Part shown: in pieces, positions 28,565-37,290 of the stretch
Position numbering within the stretch: position 1 is the stretch's first letter
Layout of the letters: each line of letters opens with the position of its first letter
Assembly: GCA_016929755.1 (NCBI GenBank)
Contig: JAFGIF010000187.1
Coordinates: 1-49,545, forward strand
Source: Deltaproteobacteria bacterium
GTDB lineage: Bacteria; Desulfobacterota; Desulfomonilia; UBA1062
Length of the DNA: 49,545 bases
Direction: 5' to 3'
Notes under the pieces: generated by a model
The model's database searches: none
What the model saw: the letters and a program-made list of their open reading frames with translations, nothing else
Told to the model about the DNA's origin: nothing
Made by a program: the position numbers and the translations under genes

Positions 28565-29964
28565 GCTCCGATCCTCCTTAATGAAATAAACTCGTTTAAT
28601 TTATCCGTTATTGATTCCCATGACTGCACCCTGTCATCAAACCCATCGGCATACAAAACAAGGGTAGGGTAGCCCGCCTTTTCAAGGTCGCGCGCAATGC
28701 ACTTGATTACACCCCAGGTATTCCGGCAGCCCATGGTGCCGACATACACAATGAAATCGACATTGAGCACTCTGGCGGCCCCCAGGGTATCATCGAGCAT
28801 CATCCCCGGTGCATCATACGGGCCCCGTATCTGCTTGACCATGGGCATGCGCGAAACCTGGTCAGCCAGCGAATCGATGATAGCCTCATCCGAGCTGTCG
28901 TCTATATCGTACGTCTGGTCCTGTTTTTCTTTTGCGTACACTACATCTTTTTGCCAGAAGGTGAACAGCATTGAGCCCAACATGCTGATATCGTGCTCAT
29001 CGATCCAGTACCAGAAACGGGCATTCGTGGTATAGTGATCGATATAACAGAACAGAGCTCTGGCTTTTTCCCTGCCCGAAAGGGTGCCGGACAGATTTTT
29101 ATCGGCGATTCCTTTTGCGGTTTGCAGCATTGATTCCAACAGCAGAGTGTATTCTCTGGTGCCACCCATCATAAACTTGCCGCCATAGAGCATCAGATCG
29201 TACATGCCGGGCAGCGGCGAAGGGACCAGGCTGGCCAGATCAAAAAGCTCGCAGGCAATCTCGTCCTGTCTTTTAATCTCGCCAACGATTTCTTTGAGAC
29301 GTGCGAAATCAAGTTTTTTGCCGGTCTGCTTTTCCAGAAAGGTAATCAGGTTGCGGAAGTCTCGCCGGTGATATTTTGTAGCCCGCTCGTCGCTGAGAGT
29401 AGGAGGGCTGTTGAGCTGAAACATGGGTTTGTCGAGAAAGGCCGAGGCAAATGCAAAGGAATTGGCATTGGTGTCACAGATGCCGGGAGAATCAAACACG
29501 ATAAAATCGGGTTGTGTGCATAAACCGGCCAGGTAGGCGCCAAGGGCTCCGCGCTGAGCTGAACAGGATGTCTCGGTAAAACCAACTTCGCAGCAGTAAT
29601 CCAGGAATTCAGTTGTGCCGCGACGCAGTACAATTGTACCCAGTACGGTCCAGACTTCGAGACACATGGGCACGATATCAAAAGCATACAGGATCGGGGG
29701 TGCCATGCAGAACGATGTCAGGGCCGTGAATTTGCCGTTTTCCTTGGAAGTTACACACATTTTCATGTAGCCGGCCATCAGTTTCAGGAAGATATCACCG
29801 GGCTGGCCAAAGCGCATGAATGCTTCCAATACAGGCCCGTAGTGCGGCACATATTTCAAGAGATTGTGATACTCCTTGCAAAAGCCTTCATTGGTTTTTG
29901 AGGCGCATTCCAGGATGGTCCAGAGATTCCAGTCGTAATTATATTCCATGGTCTCGCGTTTCAT
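28561..29964 (-). CDS. 2-hydroxyacyl-CoA dehydratase / benzoyl-CoA reductase BcrB/BzdO-like large subunit (paralogue B)
   Basis: 467 aa. Conserved cysteines in YCCEVGFTETSCS, GICDTNANSF, FCYIDHY and GTMGCRNTWG. Confidence 0.8.
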   Translation of the reverse strand: MKRETMEYNYDWNLWTILECASKTNEGFCKEYHNLLKYVPHYGPVLEAFMRFGQPGDIFLKLMAGYMKMCVTSKENGKFTALTSFCMAPPILYAFDIVPMCLEVWTVLGTIVLRRGTTEFLDYCCEVGFTETSCSAQRGALGAYLAGLCTQPDFIVFDSPGICDTNANSFAFASAFLDKPMFQLNSPPTLSDERATKYHRRDFRNLITFLEKQTGKKLDFARLKEIVGEIKRQDEIACELFDLASLVPSPLPGMYDLMLYGGKFMMGGTREYTLLLESMLQTAKGIADKNLSGTLSGREKARALFCYIDHYTTNARFWYWIDEHDISMLGSMLFTFWQKDVVYAKEKQDQTYDIDDSSDEAIIDSLADQVSRMPMVKQIRGPYDAPGMMLDDTLGAARVLNVDFIVYVGTMGCRNTWGVIKCIARDLEKAGYPTLVLYADGFDDRVQSWESITDKLNEFISLRRIGA

Positions 29965-30002
29965 TCTAATTCATCATAGTATTGTAATATAAATTAGTTT
30001 AA

Positions 30003-31409
30003 TCAATGCGCACCAATACGACGCAGTTTCATAAATTCATCCATACGATCCGTTATTGCTTCCCATGATTGAATCCTGTCATCAAAGGCGTCTGCATACA
30101 GGACCAGGCACGGGATGCCGTAGCGTTCGAGGTCACGCGTAAATGGTTTTACCATGCCCCAGGTATTCCGGCAGCCCATAGTTCCGATATAGACCACAAA
30201 GTCGGTCTTCAGAAGACTGGCAGCACCCAGGGTATCGTCCAACCACATGCCCGGTGCATCGTAGGGCCCCCTTATCGATTTAACCATGGGCATTCGTGAT
30301 ACCTGGTCAGCCAGGGAGTCGATCATGCCCTCGAGACTGTGATCGTCGATACAATAGCCCTGTTCCTCTTTAGAATGTGCCTGGGGATTGTCGGCCTGCC
30401 AGAAATTATACAGGATGGAACCCATGTGGCTAATTTCATGCGAGTCGAGCCAGTCCCAGAACCTGACATCGGTGGTGTAGTGATCGATGTAACAGAACAA
30501 TCCGCGGGCCTTCTCCCTTGTCGATGTAGTGCCGGCAATGCCGAGTCTGGAATTTTTCCTGGTAACAGCGAGCATGGCCTCGAGCAATTCGGAATACTCG
30601 CTGGTTCCACTCATGAGGAATCTTCCTGAATACAAAAACAGATCATATATAGGCGGCATTGGGCAGGGAATCAGTCGCTGCAGTTCCATCAGTTCGATAG
30701 CCAGCTCATCCTGGCGTTTGACGTGCTCAATGATTTGGGAAAGCCTTGAAAGGTCGAGTTTTTTGCCGGTCTGTTTTTCGAGGAATTCAATCAGACTGTG
30801 GAAATCCTGGCGGTGATAGCGGCGGGCCCGTTCATCGGTGAGCGTAGGCGGAAAGTTCAGCTGAAAAAAAGGGATATCGAGATAGGCCGAGGCAAAGGAA
30901 AATGAGTTTGCATTGGTATCACAGATGCCGGGCGAGTCGCAGATAATGAAATCGATGTCTACTCCCAGCCCGGCCAGGTATGCACCCAGCGCACCGCGTT
31001 GAGATGAGCAGGATGTTTCGGTAAAGCCCAGTTCGCAGCAGTAATCCATAAACTCTCCGGTTCCGCGCTGCAGTATTACGGTGCCGAACACACTCCAGGG
31101 CTCGAGTATCAGGGGCTGGACATCAAACGCATACAGGATGGGGGCGGCAAAACAGAATGTTGAGGCAGCTATTTTTCTGCCTTCTGCATAGGCCTGGATG
31201 CAATTGCGCGTGTAGGAAGCCAGCAGCTTTAAAAAGAGAATACCCGGTTCGCCGTGCCTGACGAATGCTTCCAGAACCCCCCGGAAATTCGGTATAAGTG
31301 AAAGCAGATGCTGATACTCTTTTTCAAAGCCGTCGTATGCGCGCGATGCGTTTTCAACGATGGTCCACAGGTTCCAGTCGTAGTTGTATTCCCTGGATTC
31401 CTTTCGCAT
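30003..31409 (-). CDS. 2-hydroxyacyl-CoA dehydratase / benzoyl-CoA reductase BcrB/BzdO-like large subunit (paralogue A)
   Basis: 468 aa. Collinear with the 467-aa neighbour, with well over half the positions identical by eye. Same Cys motifs. RBS AAGGAGAG. Confidence 0.8.
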   Translation of the reverse strand: MRKESREYNYDWNLWTIVENASRAYDGFEKEYQHLLSLIPNFRGVLEAFVRHGEPGILFLKLLASYTRNCIQAYAEGRKIAASTFCFAAPILYAFDVQPLILEPWSVFGTVILQRGTGEFMDYCCELGFTETSCSSQRGALGAYLAGLGVDIDFIICDSPGICDTNANSFSFASAYLDIPFFQLNFPPTLTDERARRYHRQDFHSLIEFLEKQTGKKLDLSRLSQIIEHVKRQDELAIELMELQRLIPCPMPPIYDLFLYSGRFLMSGTSEYSELLEAMLAVTRKNSRLGIAGTTSTREKARGLFCYIDHYTTDVRFWDWLDSHEISHMGSILYNFWQADNPQAHSKEEQGYCIDDHSLEGMIDSLADQVSRMPMVKSIRGPYDAPGMWLDDTLGAASLLKTDFVVYIGTMGCRNTWGMVKPFTRDLERYGIPCLVLYADAFDDRIQSWEAITDRMDEFMKLRRIGAH

Positions 31410-31421
31410 TCAAACTCTCCT

Positions 31422-31652
31422 TTACAGATTCATGTTGAGGGTGGCACCCTCTTTGATGCGGCTGATATAAAAACCGGCCCGTTCCTTTAGTATGCCCACA
31501 TCAGTTTTCTTTGAGATGTTTTTGAGTGCCTTGAGTGCTGACTCGTGAAACAGCGTCAGGGCATCGATGGACCGTTGCCTTTCAGCCAGAATGCGGTTTG
31601 AATCAAGGGCAATTTTTTTTAACACCTCAATGGTAATCGCTTCGGTATCCAT
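31422..31652 (-). CDS. small helical protein (76 aa), HEAT-repeat-like
   Basis: Good RBS (AGGGAAGGAA). Sits between dehydratase-family genes with 12- and 17-nt gaps. No cysteines. Confidence 0.5.
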   Translation of the reverse strand: MDTEAITIEVLKKIALDSNRILAERQRSIDALTLFHESALKALKNISKKTDVGILKERAGFYISRIKEGATLNMNL

Positions 31653-31669
31653 CAGTTCCTTCCCTTTGA

Positions 31670-32800
31670 TCAGATTTTTTCCAGAAATGCGTCGATACGC
31701 ATTTTGACCCTGCCGGATTCGACCAACGGTCCGTACTCCCGCTCCATTTTCAGGCAGGCAATGCCCGCTGCCTCGAGATCGCGCACAAAGATGCCGTTTT
31801 CAGAACCATGCAGATCACAAAAGCGGATGTTCTGCAGGATCACTCCATCGACCCTAGCCTCGACAACCTTCTGCTTGATGAAATTCAGGCGCTCTTTATA
31901 GTACCCGAACATGCGCGGACAGTAGGCATGATTTAAATACCTTTTTGCCAGAGCCTTTACGGGATCAGTGGTTTCTTCAACCAGATCATGGTGTGTTCTG
32001 GATCCAAAACACATGCTGTCGGCAACGATCACGGCACCGCAGTCTTCGATTACCTTGAAAAAGTCAAGATCATCATTAATGCTGCCCACTATCATCAGGC
32101 GTTTTCGTCCCGGTATGATCTTGCAGGTGGTTTCAATGTTATCCAGAAACCCGCTAAGAATTGGAATATACGTTTCTTTTGGCATGGCTGTGTTTGCAAC
32201 GACCAGAGCCAGGGCATCCTCGCCGGTTATTCTGCAATCTTCACCGATTTTGATTTGATCCAGCTGCTTCAAGAGACGGCGGCCTTGGTTGTAGAGTTTT
32301 ATCGAATTGTTCAGGTCTTGATCCGTAACAGAGATCGAAAAATGCTCTTCAATACTTTTGATGAAAAGTTGAATTTCCTCTTCAAACCATTGAAGGCTGT
32401 AATCCGTGACCTTGTGCGGCACCCCGAAGTAGTGGAAATACCCGGGCCGGATACCCGGGATATCTTTATCCGCCTTTCGCCAGCATTCATCAAGGCGGCG
32501 CATGGAATCACAGCCGTTTGACATCACGGTCCCGTCGAGGAAGGAGTATTTTTTGTTTCCGGCCAGTTCAAGCACGCATTTCGGGAAACTGCAGATTACC
32601 GGGCCGAAATAGGTGTCACCTACGGAAAGTGATGAAATGCCGATACCCCGCAAACGAAACGGCAACAGACCGGCAGCATGAATAATCTCTTCGGGTACAT
32701 AGGTGCACGGATAACCAACAACGAATTTACCGGATTTTTTCCAGGCCTCGACATACTCATTGAAAATACTTCGGGCTACCTGCTTGAAGTTTTCGATCAT
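31670..32800 (-). CDS. 2-hydroxyacyl-CoA dehydratase / benzoyl-CoA reductase HgdB/BcrC/BzdN-like small subunit
   Basis: 376 aa. YPCTYVPEEIIHAAGLLPFR, SNGCDSMRR, YCPRM and RFCDLH are typical of the HGD-D family. ATGA overlap with the upstream gene. Confidence 0.85.
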   Translation of the reverse strand: MIENFKQVARSIFNEYVEAWKKSGKFVVGYPCTYVPEEIIHAAGLLPFRLRGIGISSLSVGDTYFGPVICSFPKCVLELAGNKKYSFLDGTVMSNGCDSMRRLDECWRKADKDIPGIRPGYFHYFGVPHKVTDYSLQWFEEEIQLFIKSIEEHFSISVTDQDLNNSIKLYNQGRRLLKQLDQIKIGEDCRITGEDALALVVANTAMPKETYIPILSGFLDNIETTCKIIPGRKRLMIVGSINDDLDFFKVIEDCGAVIVADSMCFGSRTHHDLVEETTDPVKALAKRYLNHAYCPRMFGYYKERLNFIKQKVVEARVDGVILQNIRFCDLHGSENGIFVRDLEAAGIACLKMEREYGPLVESGRVKMRIDAFLEKI

Positions 32801-34086
32801 GATTCACTCCAGTTTGCTGCAAGCATGGAGCGCAAGGCCTGCAAGGCCTCTTCCATTTCGTCTGTATGATCGATATCAGTTGAGCCAATCAATTCACACA
32901 AGCCCAGGATCAATGGGGGCAAGAGTTCTGTAACAACAGGAGTGAGAGCGTCTGATACTTCCGGGATCAACCACTCACAGGTATCCTTAAGCGCAGATGT
33001 ATCGATTGAATCGGCGAAATCCTTAAGCAGTCCACCAAAGAGTTCGGGCCTGACTGTATGCATACGGTTGATTATTGAGAGCAAAGAATTCGTAATATCG
33101 GCCATCTTCTGGGTATCAATGTCAGAAATGCCGCTGTTGGCAGCTTCTGCAAATTCATCATCCAGGTCGTCATAGAAAGCAATTTTGTGGGAAACGCTGC
33201 GGATGCCGGGATTTTTCAGTGCTGCATATGATTTCATGCTAAAAAGCAGGGTCTGCGGGTTCTGGCTGAGAACATTGGCCAAAGAACTGGCGATGGTTTC
33301 CTTGTCCTCAGCAAGAGCAATGCGGGACTTGGTGAGTATTTCCGGATCGATAGCGGCAAGGAAATCGTTAAGAAAGTCTAAAAGATAAAATTCGAAAAGT
33401 GATTTGTCGCCTTTTGCCAGCAGTGCACTGCCGGTATGCAGCCTCCTGATCAGCTCGGATATTGAATTGGTCAGTTTCGCTGTTTCTTCTCCACTTAGTT
33501 CACGCAAGATCGAAAGCAGAATATCGGCGGTCAGGTCAGGGCCAAGGTTCTGTAAGAGCGGTCGTATGATTTCAGAAAGACCCTTGATCGATGTGTTACC
33601 GATAGACAGTAAAATTCCCACCAGACAACCGATTTTAGCCGGGTAGGGCCAGATTGCATTATTGATCGATTCAAGAGTCTTCAGCAGGCACGCTTCTGAG
33701 CCTTCCACCAGTTCTTTCAGTTCCCCGAAGTCAGTATGGCCTATCAGATCGGTTATCGATCCAGTGCGTTCTTCGGCATGGCAAACCGGATTCTTCTGGT
33801 GGGCGGCATTGATGTTCCTGGCATAGTTGGTAAGAAGGTCACCCAGGTCACAGGAAAGTGTTGCATTGTTTTGCGGTGATTCATTTTTCAGTGAGCGGGA
33901 AATAAGCCCATTAAAAGGTTTGGCGATTTTTTGCCGTATCCGACTGCCCAGCGACCACTGGCCGAGTATATCACGGGCGATGCAGAGAATCAGCCTTCTG
34001 GGTCCAGCGGAAAACAGCGCCCTGGATATGATCTTGCTGGTCTGATCTGTCAGATTACCTGCATCCTGCCGGCTTAATTCATTCAT
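32797..34086 (-). CDS. helical protein of unknown function (long paralogue)
   Basis: ATG at 34086 has GGAGG 9 nt upstream; the track start at 34095 is a TTG abutting the RBS. Shares a module with the 214-aa and 144-aa proteins upstream. Confidence 0.6.
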   Translation of the reverse strand: MNELSRQDAGNLTDQTSKIISRALFSAGPRRLILCIARDILGQWSLGSRIRQKIAKPFNGLISRSLKNESPQNNATLSCDLGDLLTNYARNINAAHQKNPVCHAEERTGSITDLIGHTDFGELKELVEGSEACLLKTLESINNAIWPYPAKIGCLVGILLSIGNTSIKGLSEIIRPLLQNLGPDLTADILLSILRELSGEETAKLTNSISELIRRLHTGSALLAKGDKSLFEFYLLDFLNDFLAAIDPEILTKSRIALAEDKETIASSLANVLSQNPQTLLFSMKSYAALKNPGIRSVSHKIAFYDDLDDEFAEAANSGISDIDTQKMADITNSLLSIINRMHTVRPELFGGLLKDFADSIDTSALKDTCEWLIPEVSDALTPVVTELLPPLILGLCELIGSTDIDHTDEMEEALQALRSMLAANWSES

Positions 34087-34178
34087 ATTATTCAACCTCC
34101 AATGTATTATAATCGTGTCAGTTTCGTGAAACCTGATGCTTCATCACATTACAAATTCTTTTTTGCCGGGTTTACTCC

Positions 34179-34805
34179 TTATTTCCCTTTGTCTGTAAGG
34201 TAGGCTTCGAACATTGCCATGTTGCATACGATAAGTGTTTTAATACATTCTTTGCGCGATGCATCTTTCTCCATCAGATAACTATGTAGGACCTGTAACG
34301 CCATACCCACGGCTGCATGTCCGAAAAGGAATGGATCAACCCCGTCGATAATTCCTTGATCTATCCAGCGCGTTGTGTCTTCAGCCAGATCATGGGCGAG
34401 ATTGCAGAAATAATTCCAGGAATTGTAGTCGAATTCTTTATCCACTCCGAAGCTTCCACGCAAGATCATCATCAGTTGCTGGGGATGGCTGTCGACAAAA
34501 TCAAACAGGGCGGTGTACATCTCAAGGAGCGTTTTTCTGCGGTCATGGTAATCCCAGATGTCAACAGGTTCTCTGATGAGTTTGAGGTGAAGCCTGAGGT
34601 TTTCAACGCTGTTAATGGTAATCTGCTCAAAGAGGTCGCGTTTGTCATTGAAGTAATTATAGAATGTTCCTGCAGAAACACCCGCGGCTTTGACAATATC
34701 CATTACCTGAGTATTGTGATAACCTTTCTTGCTGAACAACTCACGGGCAGTATCGAAGATTAATTCCCGGGTTATTTCGCGCCTTTTCTTCGCAATATTT
34801 GACAT
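34179..34805 (-). CDS. TetR/AcrR family transcriptional regulator
   Basis: N-terminal HTH FDTARELFSKKGYHNTQVMDIVKAAGVSAGTFYNYFNDKRDLF. Confidence 0.9.
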   Translation of the reverse strand: MSNIAKKRREITRELIFDTARELFSKKGYHNTQVMDIVKAAGVSAGTFYNYFNDKRDLFEQITINSVENLRLHLKLIREPVDIWDYHDRRKTLLEMYTALFDFVDSHPQQLMMILRGSFGVDKEFDYNSWNYFCNLAHDLAEDTTRWIDQGIIDGVDPFLFGHAAVGMALQVLHSYLMEKDASRKECIKTLIVCNMAMFEAYLTDKGK

Positions 34806-34918
34806 ATCTGGGCTATGCCTCCTGAATACAAAAAAATTGAAAATATGTTACTAAAAGACAGTGAAGAGTCATTACCTGTCAATGGTTGTATCTCCCATAT
34901 CAATTCCATTTTTTGGTA

Positions 34919-35563
34919 CTATATTAATTTAGCAAAGCGTTTACGCAGCCTTGTGATCAGGAGCTTGCCGCTCCACGGCAGGATCGGAAACAGTTTCAGA
35001 TCCAGCAGGGCATGGGCCATTACCTGGGCCGCATCACTGAGTTCGTCGGTATCGAGGTTGCTGATCACATCGGAAACAAATGTGCCTATGCTTTGAGGAT
35101 CATCTCTGCTGAGGTCATTGATCCGGGTAGTTATTGCATTTATACTCTCTGCAATAATACCCGGTCCCCTCTCCATGATACTCTGCTTTAGTTCGGGTGA
35201 ATTCCTCCATGCATCTGTTGCCAGCTTGTTGATTGCCTGCCCGCACGCTTTTAGAGAATCCTGATTGATATCATCAACAAGACTCGTGGTAAATTGAACT
35301 AAAAGCCGGGGTGAAAATTTGTCGCCCATTTCGCTGACAAGTTGAAAAACCGTATGTATCCCCGAGTTGATCAAGGCGGGCAGGGTTGCAATGAGTGCCA
35401 GGGTCAGCTCAGGATCCTGCCACAGGTTGGTTGGTTTGCAATGGCTGTAATCCTTTGAGACCATAGAACGCATTTGTACACGCAGCATGTCCTTGATAAA
35501 CGGGGTGCTGATAAGCTCTTTCAGAATACCGACGTGCTTGTTTCCATCAGTGGATATCTGCAT
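34919..35563 (-). CDS. helical protein of unknown function (214-aa paralogue)
   Basis: LWQDPELTLALIATLPALINS...MGDKFSPRLLVQFTTSLVDDIN parallels the 144-aa protein. TAATG coupling with the upstream gene. Confidence 0.55.
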   Translation of the reverse strand: MQISTDGNKHVGILKELISTPFIKDMLRVQMRSMVSKDYSHCKPTNLWQDPELTLALIATLPALINSGIHTVFQLVSEMGDKFSPRLLVQFTTSLVDDINQDSLKACGQAINKLATDAWRNSPELKQSIMERGPGIIAESINAITTRINDLSRDDPQSIGTFVSDVISNLDTDELSDAAQVMAHALLDLKLFPILPWSGKLLITRLRKRFAKLI

Positions 35564-35997
35564 TATGGTTGGCCTTTGTCTTGAGTTACTGAATCATGAC
35601 CGGCTTGCTGCAGCAACTCTTTCAATAGCGGAGAGAGATCCCGTGCCAGTGGTTGTAGGTTTTGAATGATGCGCTGCAGTCTGACTGCATCAATTTCATC
35701 AAGCAGCGATCCCACGAATCCGGCCAGCAAATCCGGGGTAAATTTATCATGGATCTGTATAAGCAGTTCATCAATGGCCCTGATCAGAGAGTTTGCTACA
35801 CCAGGAAGTGCCCCCAGAAGCCCCAGGCTCACTTCGATATCCTGCCATAGCAGAGTTTTTACCAGTTCAGGGCTTGATTCAGGATCAATGTTTTTCAGCG
35901 TGATACGCAGATTTTCTTTGAACTCAGGCTTATTCAGAAACCCGGCCAGCATCCGGTTGGTAGTATTGATAACACCTCTGTTATGGTTGGCATGCAT
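35563..35997 (-). CDS. helical protein of unknown function (144-aa paralogue)
   Basis: LLWQDIEVSLGLLGALPGVANS...IHDKFTPDLLAGFVGSLLDEID. The AGGAGA RBS lies inside the end of the upstream acyl-CoA dehydrogenase gene. Confidence 0.55.
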   Translation of the reverse strand: MHANHNRGVINTTNRMLAGFLNKPEFKENLRITLKNIDPESSPELVKTLLWQDIEVSLGLLGALPGVANSLIRAIDELLIQIHDKFTPDLLAGFVGSLLDEIDAVRLQRIIQNLQPLARDLSPLLKELLQQAGHDSVTQDKGQP

Positions 35998-36009
35998 TGT
36001 TTGTCTCCT

Positions 36010-37290
36010 TTAGAGGGTTTTACAGTTGAAGAAATACCGGGCGGCTTCCATCTGGCAGAGCTGCTTGCCGCCCATCCAGAGCTGGATAATCTTGACATCA
36101 CGCCAGTGTTTCTCGATATCCCATTCACGGTCAGGACCATATGCACCCAGCACATCCATGGCACGGCCGAATATCTCCACGGACTTGTCCGAAATAAAGT
36201 CTTTGATATTGCGGATTTTAGCGATGGTTTCCTCTGAGCCGAGTTCGTTGCCGAAGGGCATGTTGCGGCGGTCACCGATCCTGGCGGCTTCGTGCCCTAA
36301 TATCCGGCAGATATCTATATCTCCGGCAATACGTCCGATCACACCGGCTACGGCATCGTTTTCCTTGAGTGTGCGATTACAATAGGTACGTGTTGAAACG
36401 AATTCATAGAGCCGTTCATACAGGTTCAGCATGGCGCCGGTAAGAAAGCCGCAACTTGCAACCTGGCCCCAGGGAATTACCTCTACGAAGGTCTGGGCAT
36501 CCAGGACCGGGCCGTGGGCCCGGTACCAGGAAGGTACCCGCACATCCTCGAACCAGATATCACTGTTTTTGTCGGCTGCCATGCCGGCTTTTTCATACGG
36601 GTTGCCCTCGCTCACGCCTTTGGTATCTGTCGGCACGAAGATAATGGCAAAATCATCTAAGTCACTGGAGCCGAGCTTTGTTGTACAGGGCACACCGAAC
36701 AGTTTTGATACCCCGGCCGAATTGGTCGGCCAAAGTTTATGTCCGTTGATAACCCATTCGTCACCATCCAACCGGGCAGTGGTTCGTAGTGTTTTCCCGC
36801 CCAGAAGCCCTATATTTTCGATATCAGCGCCACCCTGGGGCTCGGTCATGGTAAGCGCTGAGAATACGGCACAATCGGAATTGCAGAACATGGGGGCGAA
36901 TTCTTTAGCCAAGCGCCAGTTTACATGTGGTTCGATCAGGATGGTGGTCAGTGGCCATAATGTGACCAGAAAGGCCACTGCCATGCCGGTGTCTGCCCGG
37001 CCGACTTCTTCTGAAAGGGCATAGGAAGTCATGAAGGTGCTGTCTGAATGGCCGAGTCCCCAGCCGCCAAGTTCCTCCGGAAAAAGGGCTTTCTGTAAAC
37101 CCAGTCCCTTGTTGCCCATGAGCTTGTCAAAGGCGGGCTCGATCAGCTTGTGCTCTTTCCAGTCTTCGTCAAAGCGCCTGCGGAATGGGAGAACTTCCTC
37201 GTCGGCCCATTTCCGGATAACCGTGCGCAGGTGTTTGTCCATGGGCGATATGTATTCCAGCGGACGAGAGAAATCGTCAAAATGTTTCAT
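36010..37290 (-). CDS. acyl-CoA dehydrogenase family protein
   Basis: ACAD-like N, middle and C-terminal domains (LTMTEPQGGADI, ...IQLWMGG). ATG at 37290 forms an ATGA overlap with the upstream stop, with AAGAGG 8 nt upstream. Confidence 0.88.
   Translation of the reverse strand: MKHFDDFSRPLEYISPMDKHLRTVIRKWADEEVLPFRRRFDEDWKEHKLIEPAFDKLMGNKGLGLQKALFPEELGGWGLGHSDSTFMTSYALSEEVGRADTGMAVAFLVTLWPLTTILIEPHVNWRLAKEFAPMFCNSDCAVFSALTMTEPQGGADIENIGLLGGKTLRTTARLDGDEWVINGHKLWPTNSAGVSKLFGVPCTTKLGSSDLDDFAIIFVPTDTKGVSEGNPYEKAGMAADKNSDIWFEDVRVPSWYRAHGPVLDAQTFVEVIPWGQVASCGFLTGAMLNLYERLYEFVSTRTYCNRTLKENDAVAGVIGRIAGDIDICRILGHEAARIGDRRNMPFGNELGSEETIAKIRNIKDFISDKSVEIFGRAMDVLGAYGPDREWDIEKHWRDVKIIQLWMGGKQLCQMEAARYFFNCKTL

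Noticed and set aside
26991-32800. Calling the locus a bona fide benzoyl-CoA reductase (bcr/bzd) or a glutamate-fermentation hgdCAB operon.
   Set aside because: The family membership of the subunits is clear. However, the pathway-specific partner genes (ferredoxin, dch/had/oah-type genes, aryl-CoA ligase or CoA-transferase) are absent and the subunit inventory is atypical. Substrate-level naming is not supported.
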